Below, piece after piece: positions 10,180 to 22,800 of a stretch of DNA of 64,000 nucleotides (the stretch's first letter is position 1; every line of letters begins with the position of its first letter). The DNA comes from Paramoeba atlantica. Lineage: Eukaryota > Protista > Discosea. Location: contig CDRNVI010000087.1 in the NCBI GenBank assembly GCA_977017575.1, positions 124,001 to 188,000 on the forward strand. Reading direction: 5' to 3'. The translations under genes were made by a program, and so were the position numbers. Below the pieces are notes generated by a model. It saw only the letters and a program-made list of their open reading frames with translations, ran no database searches and was not told the origin of the DNA.

Positions 10180-10521
10180 GCCAAATGTATCAACATAGTT
10201 TCGTTTTTCAATGCCTATATGTATTATTATACAGTAAAAAAAAAAAGTAATCGAAGCGTACACGTAAAAAAACATAAAAGTATACGGATTGAAATTCAGG
10301 AGGGATTAGTGGTATTTAGATGACGGCATTCTTCGTCTGATGATTGACGATGAAGTGTCATGTATAAAAAGGACAAAAGTTACTTGAAAAAAAAAAAAAA
10401 AAAAAAAAAAACTTCATTTTGAAGGTTTGTTGATGAGCACGGAAAACCCACTTACGCTCCGGCAAACTGGAAAGATGGAGAGTGTTGTCCTATCCTATCC
10501 TATAAGACCGATTTGCATCGG

Positions 10522-11379
10522 TTAAGAACACATCCGTTTTATTCGTCGCTTCGACGTCTTTCTCTCAGGTGAATTCGCCCTTTCATGCTCCTTGTCCGCT
10601 GAACCGGGCGTGGTACGTCTTTCATGCAACTTTGTATTTTTGGCATCACGTTCCTCAGTCAAACATTCTTTCTTTTCAGGAGAATCCACTCCAGTCTCTA
10701 CAGGTGGCGAGGTACCCTTTTTGGAGAGAGGATCACCTTCTGCAATCTTGAAGTAATCCCGTCTTTTCCCTAATGGCTTAGGTATTTGGCCACAGTGTTT
10801 CCGAGGACGATTCATGGTTTGAACGGTTTCTGAGCTAACCCTTTGAGCTTCTGAGGCACTTGTCGCAGTCTTTCTCCTCTTTATTTCTGAGGCTGGGACT
10901 ATTTTTCTCGACCCTGCAAGCGCCAAGGTGTCTGCCTTCTCATTGTAAATGTTCCCGTTGTGGGATTTCACTTTGCACACGTAACACCTTTTATCCATCG
11001 ATTGGAGCGTTCGAATTTCCCGATCCAATTTCTCAAGGATATCCCCATTCGGTAGATTGTTATACCCAGTGATTCGCCGTCTTAGACGAGTATGATGGAA
11101 GAAATTCCATACATAGAACGAATCGGTGTGTATAACAACTGTTTGAGTCTCATTAGGTATCCTTTCCAGCGCTTCCCTCAGCGATTCAACCTCAGCTCTC
11201 TCAGCTGAGCCAGCATCCAATGCTATGGAATAGTATTTGTCTTCTGTTCCACTCATTCTCAGAACTATTCCCGCACCGGATCTTTGTTCCTTGGACCCCC
11301 GCAACTGCCGAACAGAGCCATCAATATACATATGAACCTCACCCTCACTCATGGGGAACGGATCCGAGCCTTCCTCCAC
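10522..11379 (-). pseudogene. Orphan retroelement-type RNase HI domain plus basic tail
   Basis: YIDGS, AERAEVESL, IHTDS, KVKSH.GN..NEKADTLA give the complete D-E-D-H-D set. No linked RT. Confidence 0.85.
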
Positions 11380-11401
11380 AAATTGTAGCTCATAAGAGCT
11401 T

Positions 11402-11882
11402 TTGCTTTTGACACAAACTACAAGTCAGTTTTTTACAAACTACAAGTCAAACGGCATCGTTGTAGGCAGGACCGTGCGAAAATCAACCGTGAAAGTCAAG
11501 ATTTCATACGAGCCGGCTCTAGGTCACGATGGTCCATGCGGTTTTCTTTATCTTCCACCGTCCAATAAAATCAGAATCTGTAACCTCCAAGCCACTAAGT
11601 TATTCAAAATCGAGATGCCGACACAAAATTTGGAGGAACAAGCGGAGCACATCTCATGCGAAGACGGTCAGAGTGACCTTGATCCGCTCCCGCCTATGGC
11701 TCAAATAGACCCATCTTTCGCGGTTCATGTTGTGGCGATTTTCCGTGCGATAATTCGGGGATATGCAGCGGCGGAGCTTGACTCAGAAAAAGAGGCGATA
11801 TGGCACAAATTTTTGAATGCGCCTCGCGATTCACTTGCGACAGTACGTCAAGCAATTCGACGAAACCAAAAAGTAGCTCATG
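11402..11882 (+). pseudogene. CRE N-terminal/pre-RT fragment; continues at 12256
   Basis: KISY...GH...LPP..KIRI module and RDSLATVRQ motif as in the other CRE families. Confidence 0.75.
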
Positions 11883-12255
11883 GTGGATCCCTCCACTTCA
11901 ATACGAAGTCGCTGTTAATGGCCCTCGCAGATGCGGGCAGCGTACCTCGACAGCAGCTTCAGCTTGAGCTACAACTTTTGCTACAGGAGCAAAATGGTGC
12001 CATACTATATTCACAACTTCGGAATTACCTTGAGAAGGACAAGGGGGCGCTCCAGTTCGCTATATAAAGAGTTTCTAAAGAGGGGCAGAGCTTCTAAAGC
12101 CTGCAGTCAGGATAGATTTTTCAGAACTTGAGATAGTAATTGGCGCAAAAAAAAAAAATAGTGTATAAAAGTAAAGGTTTTACGACTCTAAAAGAGTTCA
12201 CTACCACACGAGTTATCTTAATAAAAATTGTTATCTTAATAAAACTTTACATACA
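11883..12255 (+). mobile_element. 373-bp 5'-truncated CRE 3' end inserted into another CRE, 8-bp TSD AGCTCATG
   Basis: GGSLHFNTKSLL...LQEQNGAILYSQLRNYL C-terminus. AGCTCATG at 11875-11882 and 12256-12263. Confidence 0.82.
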
Positions 12256-15232
12256 AGCTCATGTTCGCAACGACCGAGAAAACTTGGAAGCTAGCAACTT
12301 GAGTGCGGAACAACGGGCGGAGTTAGAAATTGACAGGCGTTCGATCAGGCACGCCCTACAGACGGCGCGGGCAGGAAACCTTGGCAAAGCAACTCGGATC
12401 CTGGACAATGTCTACAAGGAATCAGCTCTCACTCCTGAAGAAGAAGTGCGAAAGCTTCAACAACTTCATCCTGAAGGCGACGCCATACGAATCCCGGAAG
12501 CAGACTTCCCACGGACTGGCGTTGTTGAGAAATCAGAGGTTCGCCTAGCGACCGAAAAATTATCCAGAGGCGCTTCACCAGGACCAACCGGCCTGAGTGA
12601 AAGCATGATGCGACTGCTCGTAGACGACGAAGAGTCATGTCTTTCACTTTGCCACATGCTTCGGGATGTCATCAACGGCGAAGTTCCTCCCTTGTTGACC
12701 TTTCCTTATTGTAAGACCTTTCGTAAAGTCACTGTCAAGCGACGTCGACGACGCCCCCTACAATCCATGGAGTCGCAAACGCCAACAAACGAAGGAACAG
12801 GCTCCAGTCCTGATATTAATGTTAGCGATAAGCGGGCCATTAAAAAGGCTACTAGTCTTGTGATGGACGGATGTGTTTCAAAAGCTACACGCGTTTTAGA
12901 TCAGGAAATCGTTGCGAAGTCATTGAGCGACGATGACACTCTTGCAAAACTTCGCGATTTACACCCCGATCTGCCGGTAAACTTCCAGATTCCACAAGAC
13001 GCACCTATCACGGCATGCATCACGCCTGATGAGCTTAGAGAAGCCGGTAGACGCATGGCTAAAGGTGCTGCGCCGGGGCCGACAGGAACGACGGACTTAA
13101 TTCTACGCATGCTATTAGATGATGAAGTATGTTGCGTCAGCTTAACTCACATGTTCACCGATTTGATAAATGGATCAGTTTCTGATGAAGTAATGAAGCG
13201 ACTTAAGCGAGCACGTCTTGTTGGTATCCCGAAACCTGCAGGAGGAATACGACCGATAGCCGTCGGAGAGGTATGGCTGAAACTCGCCGAAGTAGTACTC
13301 CTACAACGGCACGAAAAAAAGCTCGCCCCACTATTCTCACCGCATCAATACGGGGTAATGGTCAAATCAGGTTGTGAGCGTGTCGTACACGAACTGCGCG
13401 AAAGGTACATAGAAGGCTGCAACATTCTGTCAATTGATCTTAAAAATGCGTTCAATTCTCCTTCGCGAGATGAAATCGCTAAAGCAGTCTTCGCCTTCAG
13501 CTCCCTACGTCCCTTCTATCGACTATTTTGCGCAGAATACGGAAGCCCATCTGAACTTTTGTTTTATGGAAAAGATGGTAAACTTTGCAATACAGTCATG
13601 AGCGCGGCGGGCGTGCGCCAAGGATCGCCACTGTCCTCAGTACTATTTTGTGCCTTTCTCCAACCAATGCTCGAGACGATTGCCGATGAATTTCCAAGTA
13701 TCCGCATATATGCTTTTGTGGATGACATAAGCTTTGCTTCGCAGGACGCCGACCTTCTGACTTCTGCGTTCCTCCGCATACGTGAGCTATTAGCCGAAAA
13801 GCGTGTTGAAATGTCCCCTACAAAATGTGTTTGGTTTAATGGAATCGAAAATGTGCCAATTCCGCATGGGCTACAAAATGAGGGAGTAACGTCGGAATCA
13901 GGTTCAACAAAAATTCTTGGTGCGTTTGTCGGAGAAACCCAACGAGTGAGCGATCAGCTCGTGCTAAAATTGAGAAAACACCAGACGGCATTCAGGCGTT
14001 TGAACCAGATGGGCGCCAGCAACGTGTCGCTTGTCTTACTTTCGCGGTGTGTGAATGTAAGACATCGGTATCACATACGCGTCCATGATCCCGAAAGTTC
14101 CCTCGAGCTCACTCGACGATTTGATCAAGAGGTGACTAACACTCTCAAGACGTGGTTTGGTAAATTGTCCGCGAATCAAATATCATGGGCGAGACTCCCA
14201 TTGAAAAAGGGAGGACTCGGCCTCACACCCTCCGAACAAATTCGAGAGGCTGCGTTCAATAAATCGAAACAACAGGCAATGGAGCGACCAGTCTATCTTT
14301 CAGCTCCCGTCTGTGGCTTTGAATCAAGTGAGCGCACGCCGATGCTGTCTCAGGGTGAGTCGCAAACCCCGACCGACGAACCAACCTCAGAAGAATTGTA
14401 CCATCAAGACATTCGCGACAGGCTCATGGAGACTCCTCGTCAAGCTGACATTATCCGAGCCGCGAGTACCAAAGGTAATTACTCTTGGCTGCAATCATGT
14501 GCTAAACTGATTCCCCCACGACTTTTTACGCTTGCTGTTATGCCAAGACTCGGTATAGCACACCCTAAGCTCCCAAGTCATCTAAAATGCCCAGGTTGCC
14601 ATATCCTGCTTACGAGTGATAACGCCCTGGCACATGTATCAGGATGCACTAACTGTACGGGGAACAATGCAACGGCTAAACACAATCGAATGGTACGCTG
14701 TCTGTACGAATTGTGTATAAAAGCCGGAATACCTTGCGAGATCGAACCGCGCCAATTTTCATCATACACTTGCTCTAAATGTAGCGCCGTGGTCGATGGT
14801 GACAACAAACGTACACATCAAAGAGTATGCAGCTCAGGGTCATTCTATCATTCAGGTCCCGATTTAGTGATCCATTGGGCAAGTGGCGACATCTTTTACG
14901 ATTTTTCAATCGTTCACGAGCTCTCCCCGTCTAACGTATCCAGATCCGGTGCACAGCTAATGCGCGAAGTTATACGACGAAAGCATAATACCTACGTTCT
15001 TTCCAAGCAAATACCAAGCCACCAATTTCGATGTATTCCTATGCTATCGGGAGGCGCTTTGCACGGGAACACGAAAATCCTTCTGCATACACTGGCCGAT
15101 GCGTGTGGGCTCGAACGGGAGAGAGCCATTCAAGATTTCGTGCTTCGTTTGCAAGAACTCCACGGATCAGTCATTATCGGTCAGCTCAGACAATTTTTCC
15201 TACCGTTGGAAGACGATGAAATGGCTTTCTAG
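12256..15232 (+). CDS. In-frame chimera of two CRE families: pre-RT fragment (to ~12690) followed by a near-complete RT-REL (family E)
   Basis: The pre-RT domain (LHP...GASPGPTG...LDDE..C.SL.HM) occurs twice in succession, then GVRQGSPLS, YAFVDD and the REL motifs. Confidence 0.85.
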
Positions 15233-15436
15233 GAAGGCAAGGAATAGCTGCAGAATCCTCACAAATCGGGGTGTATGATACGGCGTATGGTAAGTGTTTT
15301 TTGGGATACGGGAAGTTTATGCGATACGTGAACATTCGTGATATTTTGGGATACGGGACATATGTGCGATACTTTCATAATATCTAAAGGAACGAATCTT
15401 ATTATTTTCATAAAAAAAAAAAAAAAAAAAAAAAAA

Positions 15437-16323
15437 GGGTCTTTTGCCGCGCACTATGCCGAGACCAAGGCGCGACAGCGACAAGAAGCAGACGAAGCCG
15501 GGCATCTCTTCACAGCAATGGTTGTAGAGTCCTTTGGGTCCTGGAGTGAAAGTGCCCTAGCGTTACTCCGGGATATCGGAACGCAACGGGCGAATGCGTC
15601 CAAGGGGTTTCTGTCACGGAGCCAAGCGCGAAATGAACTCTTGACGGAGCTGAATGTTACGCTCATGCGTTCGCAGGCCAGGATGATGGTGTCACGCATC
15701 CCCGTGGCGGATCCAGCGGGGTCTTTGGTAGGGGCATAAGCCCCTACCCACTGTGTCTTACCCACCTATTCTCAAGCCTTGCTCTCATGAGTGAGGTTCT
15801 CTAATGTGATCCCGGATGCTGGTCGGGTCGACAGAGTCTATACTCACGCCTAGCCCGCGAGGGCTAGGTACCCCAAGTGAGGTAGTACACGGGCAGTGAA
15901 TCTCCTCCCCGTCGGCCAGCATCCTGTTTCGTGACCGTGTCGCTGTCGACACAGGCCCGCGCCTGCGCCCTCCCATATAACAAGGGAAGGGTTCACAAGT
16001 CAGGCCGTGGAGAGGTCGAAAGACCCGGTCCGGAACGCGCGAATGGATTGGGCATGGATTGCTTGTTTTAATTTTTACTGTTTTTCTTGTTTGTAGTATA
16101 TACTTAGGGGAGACTAAATTGCTAGTTTTGGGCTGAGAAAAAAGGTACATCTGTGGACAGAAAAAGAATTGCTAATTTGATTGTTTGTTTTCAATTCGTA
16201 TACCCCCCCCCCCCCAATGGACCTACTTGGTTCGTCTACTGGGTCAAAATATAGAGGCAATGCCGCGATTCATACTTCTCCCCCCTTATTAATTGCAAAA
16301 AAAAAAAAAAAAAAAAAAAAAAA
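15437..16323 (+). mobile_element. 3' end of a further REL element (C-terminus to stop at 15739, ~550-nt structured 3' UTR, poly(A) 16297-16323)
   Basis: GHLFTAMVVESFGSWSESALALL...LMRSQARM is a classic CRE-type REL C-terminus. The UTR recurs at 27067-27387. Confidence 0.75.
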
Positions 16324-16460
16324 GTTCCTCTGAATGTGCGAAAACGTCTAACCCGATGCAGAATCATCGCGCTAGCGAAACCTCAAAATGGAATTCGACC
16401 TATTGCGATGGGGGATACCATTCTGAAGATTTGCGGTGCCATCCTTCTACAACGACATGA
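16324..16460 (+). pseudogene. Short CRE RT fragment
   Basis: KRLTRCRIIALAKPQNGIRPIAMGDTILKICGAILLQRHEKK. Confidence 0.8.
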
Positions 16461-16469
16461 AAAAAAAAT

Positions 16470-17378
16470 GGTTAAATTTTTGTATCCTTCGTGATCGATC
16501 GGTTCAGGTGGTGATAGAGGAGCTGGCAATGGTGGACCCTCATCATTGTTTCGTTGTTGCACTGGCGATTCGCAATCGTGGAAAAGGGGGTCTCGATTGT
16601 CATTGTTGGAATCGTCAGTCTGCTCTCGACTTGTTGCGCCCTCGTCATGTGGACTGAGATTATGAGCCCTAGATTCTTGGACTTCGCGATTTAGTGGCGC
16701 GTGGGCCGTGGTATCGATGTTGCCTTGGTATCCTGTGCCTGTGTTTTCGATTGGTTCATGCTGTGGCGTTTGGTTTCGGTATGTCCCTACGAAGTCTTGC
16801 CATTTCTTTTTGATTTTAATCAACCGAGATTCTGGCGCTTGTTCATGTCCGCCTGCAATTGTCGAGGATTCCGGATGGCTTTGATCTGACGGTTCTCGCT
16901 GATCTCGCGCTGGCCCTGGGGAAGGAATGAGCGGTAGACAGGGTGGTGATGGCGATTTCAGCGCTTCGGAATCGGCCGAGGACATCTGCAGAGCTCTCGT
17001 TCGCGCTTTACGCGAGAATGCGTGCATGCTGGGACGTGGGGCGGGTGGAGACGAGGACAGCACACCCGACGGAGGCGAAGGCGGTCCACATCGTGGAGGT
17101 GAAGGGTGCGAAGGAGATTGCACGTGGGGAGCAAATGGCAACTGTTGCGGAGGTCGTGGTGGCGATGGCAGGGGCGATGGTGGTGGCGGCGATGGGGGCG
17201 GCGGTGAGGGCGGCGATGGGGGCGGCGGTGAGGGCGGCGATGGGGGCGGCGGTGAGGGCGGCGATGGGGGCGGCGCTGGCGGGTCCTTTGGGAGCTTCTT
17301 GCGGCGCGTGGGGGGAAGCGATTGAACAACAGGAGCTACCCCCGTATTCTTCGCCATGGCACGCGTGAGCATGCCCAT
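16470..17378 (-). pseudogene. 5' part of CRE family C (Pro-rich N-terminus), duplicate of 26152-27041
   Basis: Near-identical sequence with one extra PPSPPSPP unit. Confidence 0.85.
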
Positions 17379-17418
17379 TTAATAAAATTTAATAAAAATC
17401 AACAACAAAACAACAAAA

Positions 17419-17431
17419 CAACAAGGTACAG
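17419..17431 (-). other. SL remnant (CTGTACCTTGTTG) followed by TTTTGTTG reiterations; repeated at 27408-27420
   Basis: Exact match to the last 13 nt of the SL-like exon, upstream of the family C 5' UTR. Confidence 0.7.
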
Positions 17432-18860
17432 ACCAAGTCGTGGAAAATCTGCTGATCAAGAAAATGGAGAAACACAAGTGCCTATTCCGCAGGTTGTTGC
17501 TTATGGGTCCCAGTAATTTGTCTCTTGCCATTCTCCGCCGTTGTACGATTCCACGGCACGATTACCATCTACGAGTACATCGGCCAGGCGCTACTTTCCA
17601 ACTAGCACAATCCTTCGAGAACCAAGTAAACAAAGTTCTAGAAAAGTGGAGTGGAGCAGACGCAAACGCCCTGAAACTCGCCGCTCTACCACAGAAACTC
17701 GGTGGCCTAGGCTTAATTTCCTCGACTCTGAAGCAAAAACATTTCTTCGAAACTGCCAGCAAATCTATTGATGAGCACCTTAAACCCAATAACGCTCCGG
17801 TAGATCAGAAAGGCAGCGAAAAAGCTGTGAAACAACCGCAAAGTCGAGGAGAGGCAGCGCGCAAGCTATTGAAAAAGAAGCTAAGTGCAGAACACGATAA
17901 ACAGATAACTGAGCTGCAGAAGGATTCTCACATGGGACTTTTATTGAAGCGTACAAAGGAATCAAACATGCATTTAGAAAGCACCAGCAATTATGTAAAC
18001 CCGTACCTCTTCCGATACACTTTGATGATGCGTTTGGGCATCGGATTACATAACGCACCGGCCGATGTTATATGCCCTGGATGCTGTGGCCATGAATCTC
18101 CTACCAGCATTATACCACACGTCGCAGGATGCTCCCGGTGCTCGGGCATGAATTGCACCAGAAAGCACTCACACATAGTGAGGTACCTCGCAGATTTGTG
18201 CTCCAAAGCTGGTCTCCCTTGTATTATCGAACCGCGCATCCATTCTTCGTTTTTCTGTACTAAGTGCAAGTGTTCCATCTCAGCGGAAGTAGCTGAACAT
18301 CATCCTTGCAAAGCCCGCAGAATCCGATCCGGTCCTGATCTTGCTATTATGTGGCCCCACATGGGGGAGGTCCTGTATGATTTTACCGTTGTTCACACTT
18401 GTTGCAGCAGCTATGCCAAACAAACAAGTACAGCGCTGATGCAGCACGTGCTCGACAAGAAATTCAAGAAGTACGTTACGGAGAAAGGCGTAGAAAGCGA
18501 CTCTTTTCGTTGCCTGGCCGCCTCTGACTGCGGTCTTCTGCACAACGACACCAAAACCCTCCTCAAGGCATTATCCCAACGAGCCAAACAAAAGTACGAA
18601 GACGTACGTGAGGCCTTCCAACTCGAGATAGAAAAGCTAGCAGCGTATACTATTGTATCGCAGCTCCGCGAGTATATTCCAGAAGCACATTGGATTGGTG
18701 GACTGCGTCAGTGAGTCGACCAACAAGTTCGCACATTAGAAAAGCTCTTAAAAGTTCTTATTATTATTCACAACGATTATCCGTGTTTAGAATGCCTGCG
18801 AGATTTAGGATAATACGAACGATCTTTGGGAGAAGGCTCAGAAAAAAAAAAAAAAAAATA
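17432..18860 (+). mobile_element. 5'-truncated CRE family I (thumb + Zn + REL, stop at 18714, poly(A))
   Basis: LPQKLGGLG, CPGC, IEPR, RSGPDLAIMW..YDFTVVH. Appears identical to 27421-28855. Confidence 0.9.
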
Positions 18861-18930
18861 GCAATTGCTAATTTGATTGCTTGTTTTTAACTCGTATACC
18901 CCCCCCAATAAAAAAAAAAAAAAAAAAAAG

Positions 18931-19038
18931 ACCATCGTTTTTTGTAAGACCATCGTTTTTTGTAAGACCATCGTTTTTTGTAAGACCATCGTTTTTTGTA
19001 AGACCATCGTTTTTTGTAAGACCATCGTTTTTTGTAAG
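18931..19038. repeat. 6 x 18-bp perfect tandem repeat (ACCATCGTTTTTTGTAAG) at the 3' junction of the RTE-like element
   Basis: Counted directly. Reads LTKNDG x6 in the ORF. Confidence 0.95.
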
Positions 19039-22000
19039 ACTTTTGACCGCTTGAGTGTGTTTAGTTTTCCACCTTGGAGACCTTAATACCTCATACATCG
19101 GAAGTGGTTCAAGTTTCTGCCTGAGCTCATCGCATAGCTTTTGCCAGTGTAGCCGATCCTGCGAGTAAACAAGCGCCTGCTCCAGAGTAATCCCTAGATC
19201 ATTAAAACTTGCTTCGCTAGGAGAAATATTTCTTGCTTTTTCCGTGCTATTCCATTGAACGAGCTCGCGAAACGTAGAGGAGTGCCTGAGCATGTGACCA
19301 ACGATTTTCGCACGGGAAACACGATGCACGGTCGAAAATCGAGGCGTACCACAATACAAGGACTCTAATGGGTAGCAATGTCCGAAATCGTCAAGCTTTG
19401 CTGAGTTACAAGCGAATCTCCTCATCATATTTACCTCAACCTCCGTTTTTCGAAGCATTTTGTTAGAAAGAGAAAGACAGGCTGCACCAAACGTTAAAAT
19501 AGGGTAGACCAAGCAGTCAAACAGGCGTATTTTCGTAGCAGCACTCAGAGGAGAAGCCCAAATGCCACTGAGTTTACGAAATGCTGCCCATGTGAGCCTT
19601 AGCCTGTCCTTGATGGGGGATGATGCTGTAGCATCTTGAAGATGACCAAGATGCCGGTAGGAATCCACAAGAGGAATCTTGCCAAGCGATCCGGCTCGAA
19701 GTTCTCGCGTCCCCCCCGGAACTTTCCCAAAGGCCATCCACGCAGTCTTGGTTTTCCCCACGGCAATCCTCAGATTAGCTGGTTTTGCCTCATTTGCCGT
19801 AGCTTCGATCATTTGCGATATTTCATGTTTCGTGGAAGCTAAAAGTGCTATGTCGTCTGCGTAGTCGATGTCCTTTAGTCTAAATTCTTGAATTCCCCTG
19901 CTTTTCGTCCCGCTGCTCCTTAGAAGAATCCCGAGCGGCTTGTTATCGAGTGCTTTGTTGAGAATCCTATCGATTACAAGCACAAAGAGATAAGGAGCAA
20001 GCACGTCCCCTTGAAGAACTCCTGTTTCAATGGGAAAAGAATCCGTATTTCCGTATGGTGTGCGGACTATTCCTTTTAAATTCGAGTACAAGGACATTAC
20101 CATCCTAGTAAGCGCGGGTCCGACATGAAAGGCATTCAATGCAGCACGGATGGCATGAAACGATACCGAGGGAAATGCTTTTGCGAAGTCCATGAATGCC
20201 ACTGCAATGCCTTTCTTGCCCCTGGTCGCACGAACTCTTGCATCATTCAAAATGATTTGCGCCCCTGCCGTGGACCTTTCTGGCCGAAAACCAAATTGAC
20301 TGTCGCGAAGGAGCGGCTCGATGGATGGTCTGATTCTTTTCAGGATCATTGCATTCATCAGTTTAACCGCACTGTTCACGAGACAGATTGGCCGCCAATT
20401 CGCTATTTGTGTCAGGTCGCCTTTTTTTGGAATAGGCACCTGAAGGACAATTTTCCAGGACGCAGGCGAAACCCCTGTTCGATGAACCTCGTTTATAATA
20501 TGTAATAAGGATTTTCTCAGCTCAGCATGTTCTGTGATCATTCTGAGTGCCTCCGCCGGAATTTGGTCTATTCCAGGTGCCTTGTTGCGCGCTAGTCTAC
20601 TGATGCCGTCCTCGAGCTCTTCTGCAGTGAAACTTTCATCGTTGATTGGTACTTTTGGGCTGACTACTTTGTCAAATTTTATATCCTTATCTCCGCGATC
20701 ATCGGACCCCATACGAGCAAAGAAATCTTTAACAATGTTAAGAGTTTCCCTTGTCGACGAGGTCTCGATGCAAAGAGTCTCCCTGTACAAACCGCAAATT
20801 CTACGCAGCGTACGCCACGGATTAGAACGGTTTCGCCGCAGACCTGCTTCAATTTCGGCGCATTCCTGCCCAATCTGCGCCTCAATTTCTTCTCCGTGCT
20901 CTTTTAGCACTTCCTTGAAGTGGTCCGGTTTTCGACTCTGAAGAAATAAGTCGCGAAACCCTGAGATGCGCGGTGTTTCTGTACCCGGTGGTGTGTTTTC
21001 TGTCCCTGTAGGCGCGTTGGTCGTTTTTGGGGTTCGGTCCTTTTTTGAGAGTCTTTTCGCTGTGTGTATCATATTTTCCGATAAGTGTTCCCATGTGATC
21101 TCTTCCTCTTTCTTCGCCATTTCCCACACTGCTTGCTGGAAGGATGCCTTCTTCTCTTCATCTCCAAGTCTTGGCCAGGGTACCTTGCTTTGCCCCCCTG
21201 TACCTTTAGAACGCCACTTGATTTTCACATCCGCCATAACGACGCAGTGTACTGTAGGCACTGGCGCCTTGAGTACTTTGTGCCTCCTAATGCTGGAGGC
21301 AAAGCGCTCACTGACCATGATGTGGTCAAGCTGTCTCCGCACCTTGTTGTCCCCACGCCTTTTGCTACCTCCCTTGTTGCCGACCTCTCCTTTTACATGT
21401 ATGTACTCGCAGGCCTTGTCCCCATTTTCCTCTCCTTCCCTTCCCCTCTTCACCATACCGTTGTTATCCGTCCCCTCTGGCTCTGATCCTTTCCTTCTCA
21501 GTTCCACCTTTCCTTCTTCCCCCTTCTGCCCCACCTTCTCTGTTCCTACGTTGCGACGGTCCTTTGTCTCCGCCCTCCTGCCCGGCAGCTCACATGTCCA
21601 TTTCCTCTTGCTCGGGCAGAGGGTGTGTGCTGACTTACAGCCAATGGAGCACAAGAGGCCTTTCAGCTGAGAGACCGCTGGGGGATCCATGCTCGGATTC
21701 GTCACGAGCGTTATCGGTGCATTGAAATCCCCCATGACCAATAAAGGTCTTCGTTTCCGTTCAGCCTTGACCTCACGACACGCCTTGTCCAAGTCACCCA
21801 GAAATGCCGCATGAACGGCTTCTGAGGAGTCCCGTATTGGGGCATAGACATTGAACAAAGTGCCGGTCCCCTCCTCCAGGGGATACTCAGCTCCCATAAC
21901 CCTGTTGCTCACCATCCAAACCTTCCGAAACGCATGCCGGCTCACTATGGCCATGCCATTATATGAATCGCGTGCGGCGGCCGACTGCAAATACAGGTGA

Positions 22001-22749
22001 AACCTCTCCCCTAGGTTTTCAACCTGCCTGTAGAGGATTCTATCCTCATGGCCTTCCTTCGAGAAATTGTATCTGGTCTCCTGTAGGCACATGATACCGA
22101 CCCCCCTTACCTGCATGAAAGCAAGCACCTCGTTCAAACGGGTGCATCTTCGAAGAGAGAATTCATCTTCCCCCTCGAGTTTTAACGTCGTAACGTTAAG
22201 CGTTGCAACGGTTGTGTCCTCCTTCACAGCGGAACCTTTGAGGTTCTCCGAATCTCGTTGGGCGTGTGTGCCACGCGACGCCCAGTGTGACCGAGGGCGG
22301 TGACGGGAGCTCCTTCGTTTTGCCTCTGCCGGGTTACTCACCTGCACCGCGCAGAGCACGACACCTGTATTCGGTAAGGGGGGAAAGGGGAGAGTCATGT
22401 GCGGCCTCGCCACGTACCGAACACGAAATGTACCGGCCAAAGGTTCACCTCGAGTTACCGAGGATCCCCCCTGAGTATGCCAGCCTACGCTTTTAAGATA
22501 AGCCGGCCCCTCACACACGACCTCGCCCTCCCAAACAAACAAAGTCTCGCAACAGTTGTCGTGTCTCCACGCGACGCGAAGATGAGCCCCAACGCGGACA
22601 AACTTACAGAGCGCCCACACCGCCCTCTGGCGGAGTTTAGCAGGCCCCTCTCGCTCGGGTGAACGAAAGATGACCCCCCGACCACGCTTGGTCCGTGTAA
22701 GGGTTTCAAAAACCTCTGTCCCCTTACACGTGCCGGAAGCATCCGCCAT
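19039..22749 (-). CDS. RTE-like LINE ORF: N-terminal module + APE endonuclease + RT; native stop and tail not seen
   Basis: TLNV, LQETR, NVYAP, MGDFNA, QLDHI; KAPGIDQIPAE, IPKKGD..NWRPI, FMDFAKAF, GVLQGDVLAPYLF, YADD; C-terminal KIRLF..LV.PILTFG..C typical of the RTE clade. Confidence 0.9.
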
Positions 22750-22782
22750 GTTTTTATAATTAGATTACAAAAAAAGGTGGTC

Positions 22783-22800
22783 CAACAAGGTACAGAAACT
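22783..22800 (-). other. SL remnant, 18 nt (AGTTTCTGTACCTTGTTG), 33 nt upstream of the RTE ATG
   Basis: Exact match to the 3' part of the SL-like exon. Confidence 0.85.

Noticed and set aside
18868-19038. LTKNDG repeat and FFFFF tail as genuine RTE protein
   Set aside because: Read-through into junction repeats and the antisense poly(A) of the neighbouring element.
18931-19038. CRISPR-like array (also considered for 61398-61466 and the GTTGAAGCTGAG repeats)
   Set aside because: Contiguous repeats without regular unique spacers, no cas genes, eukaryotic context.
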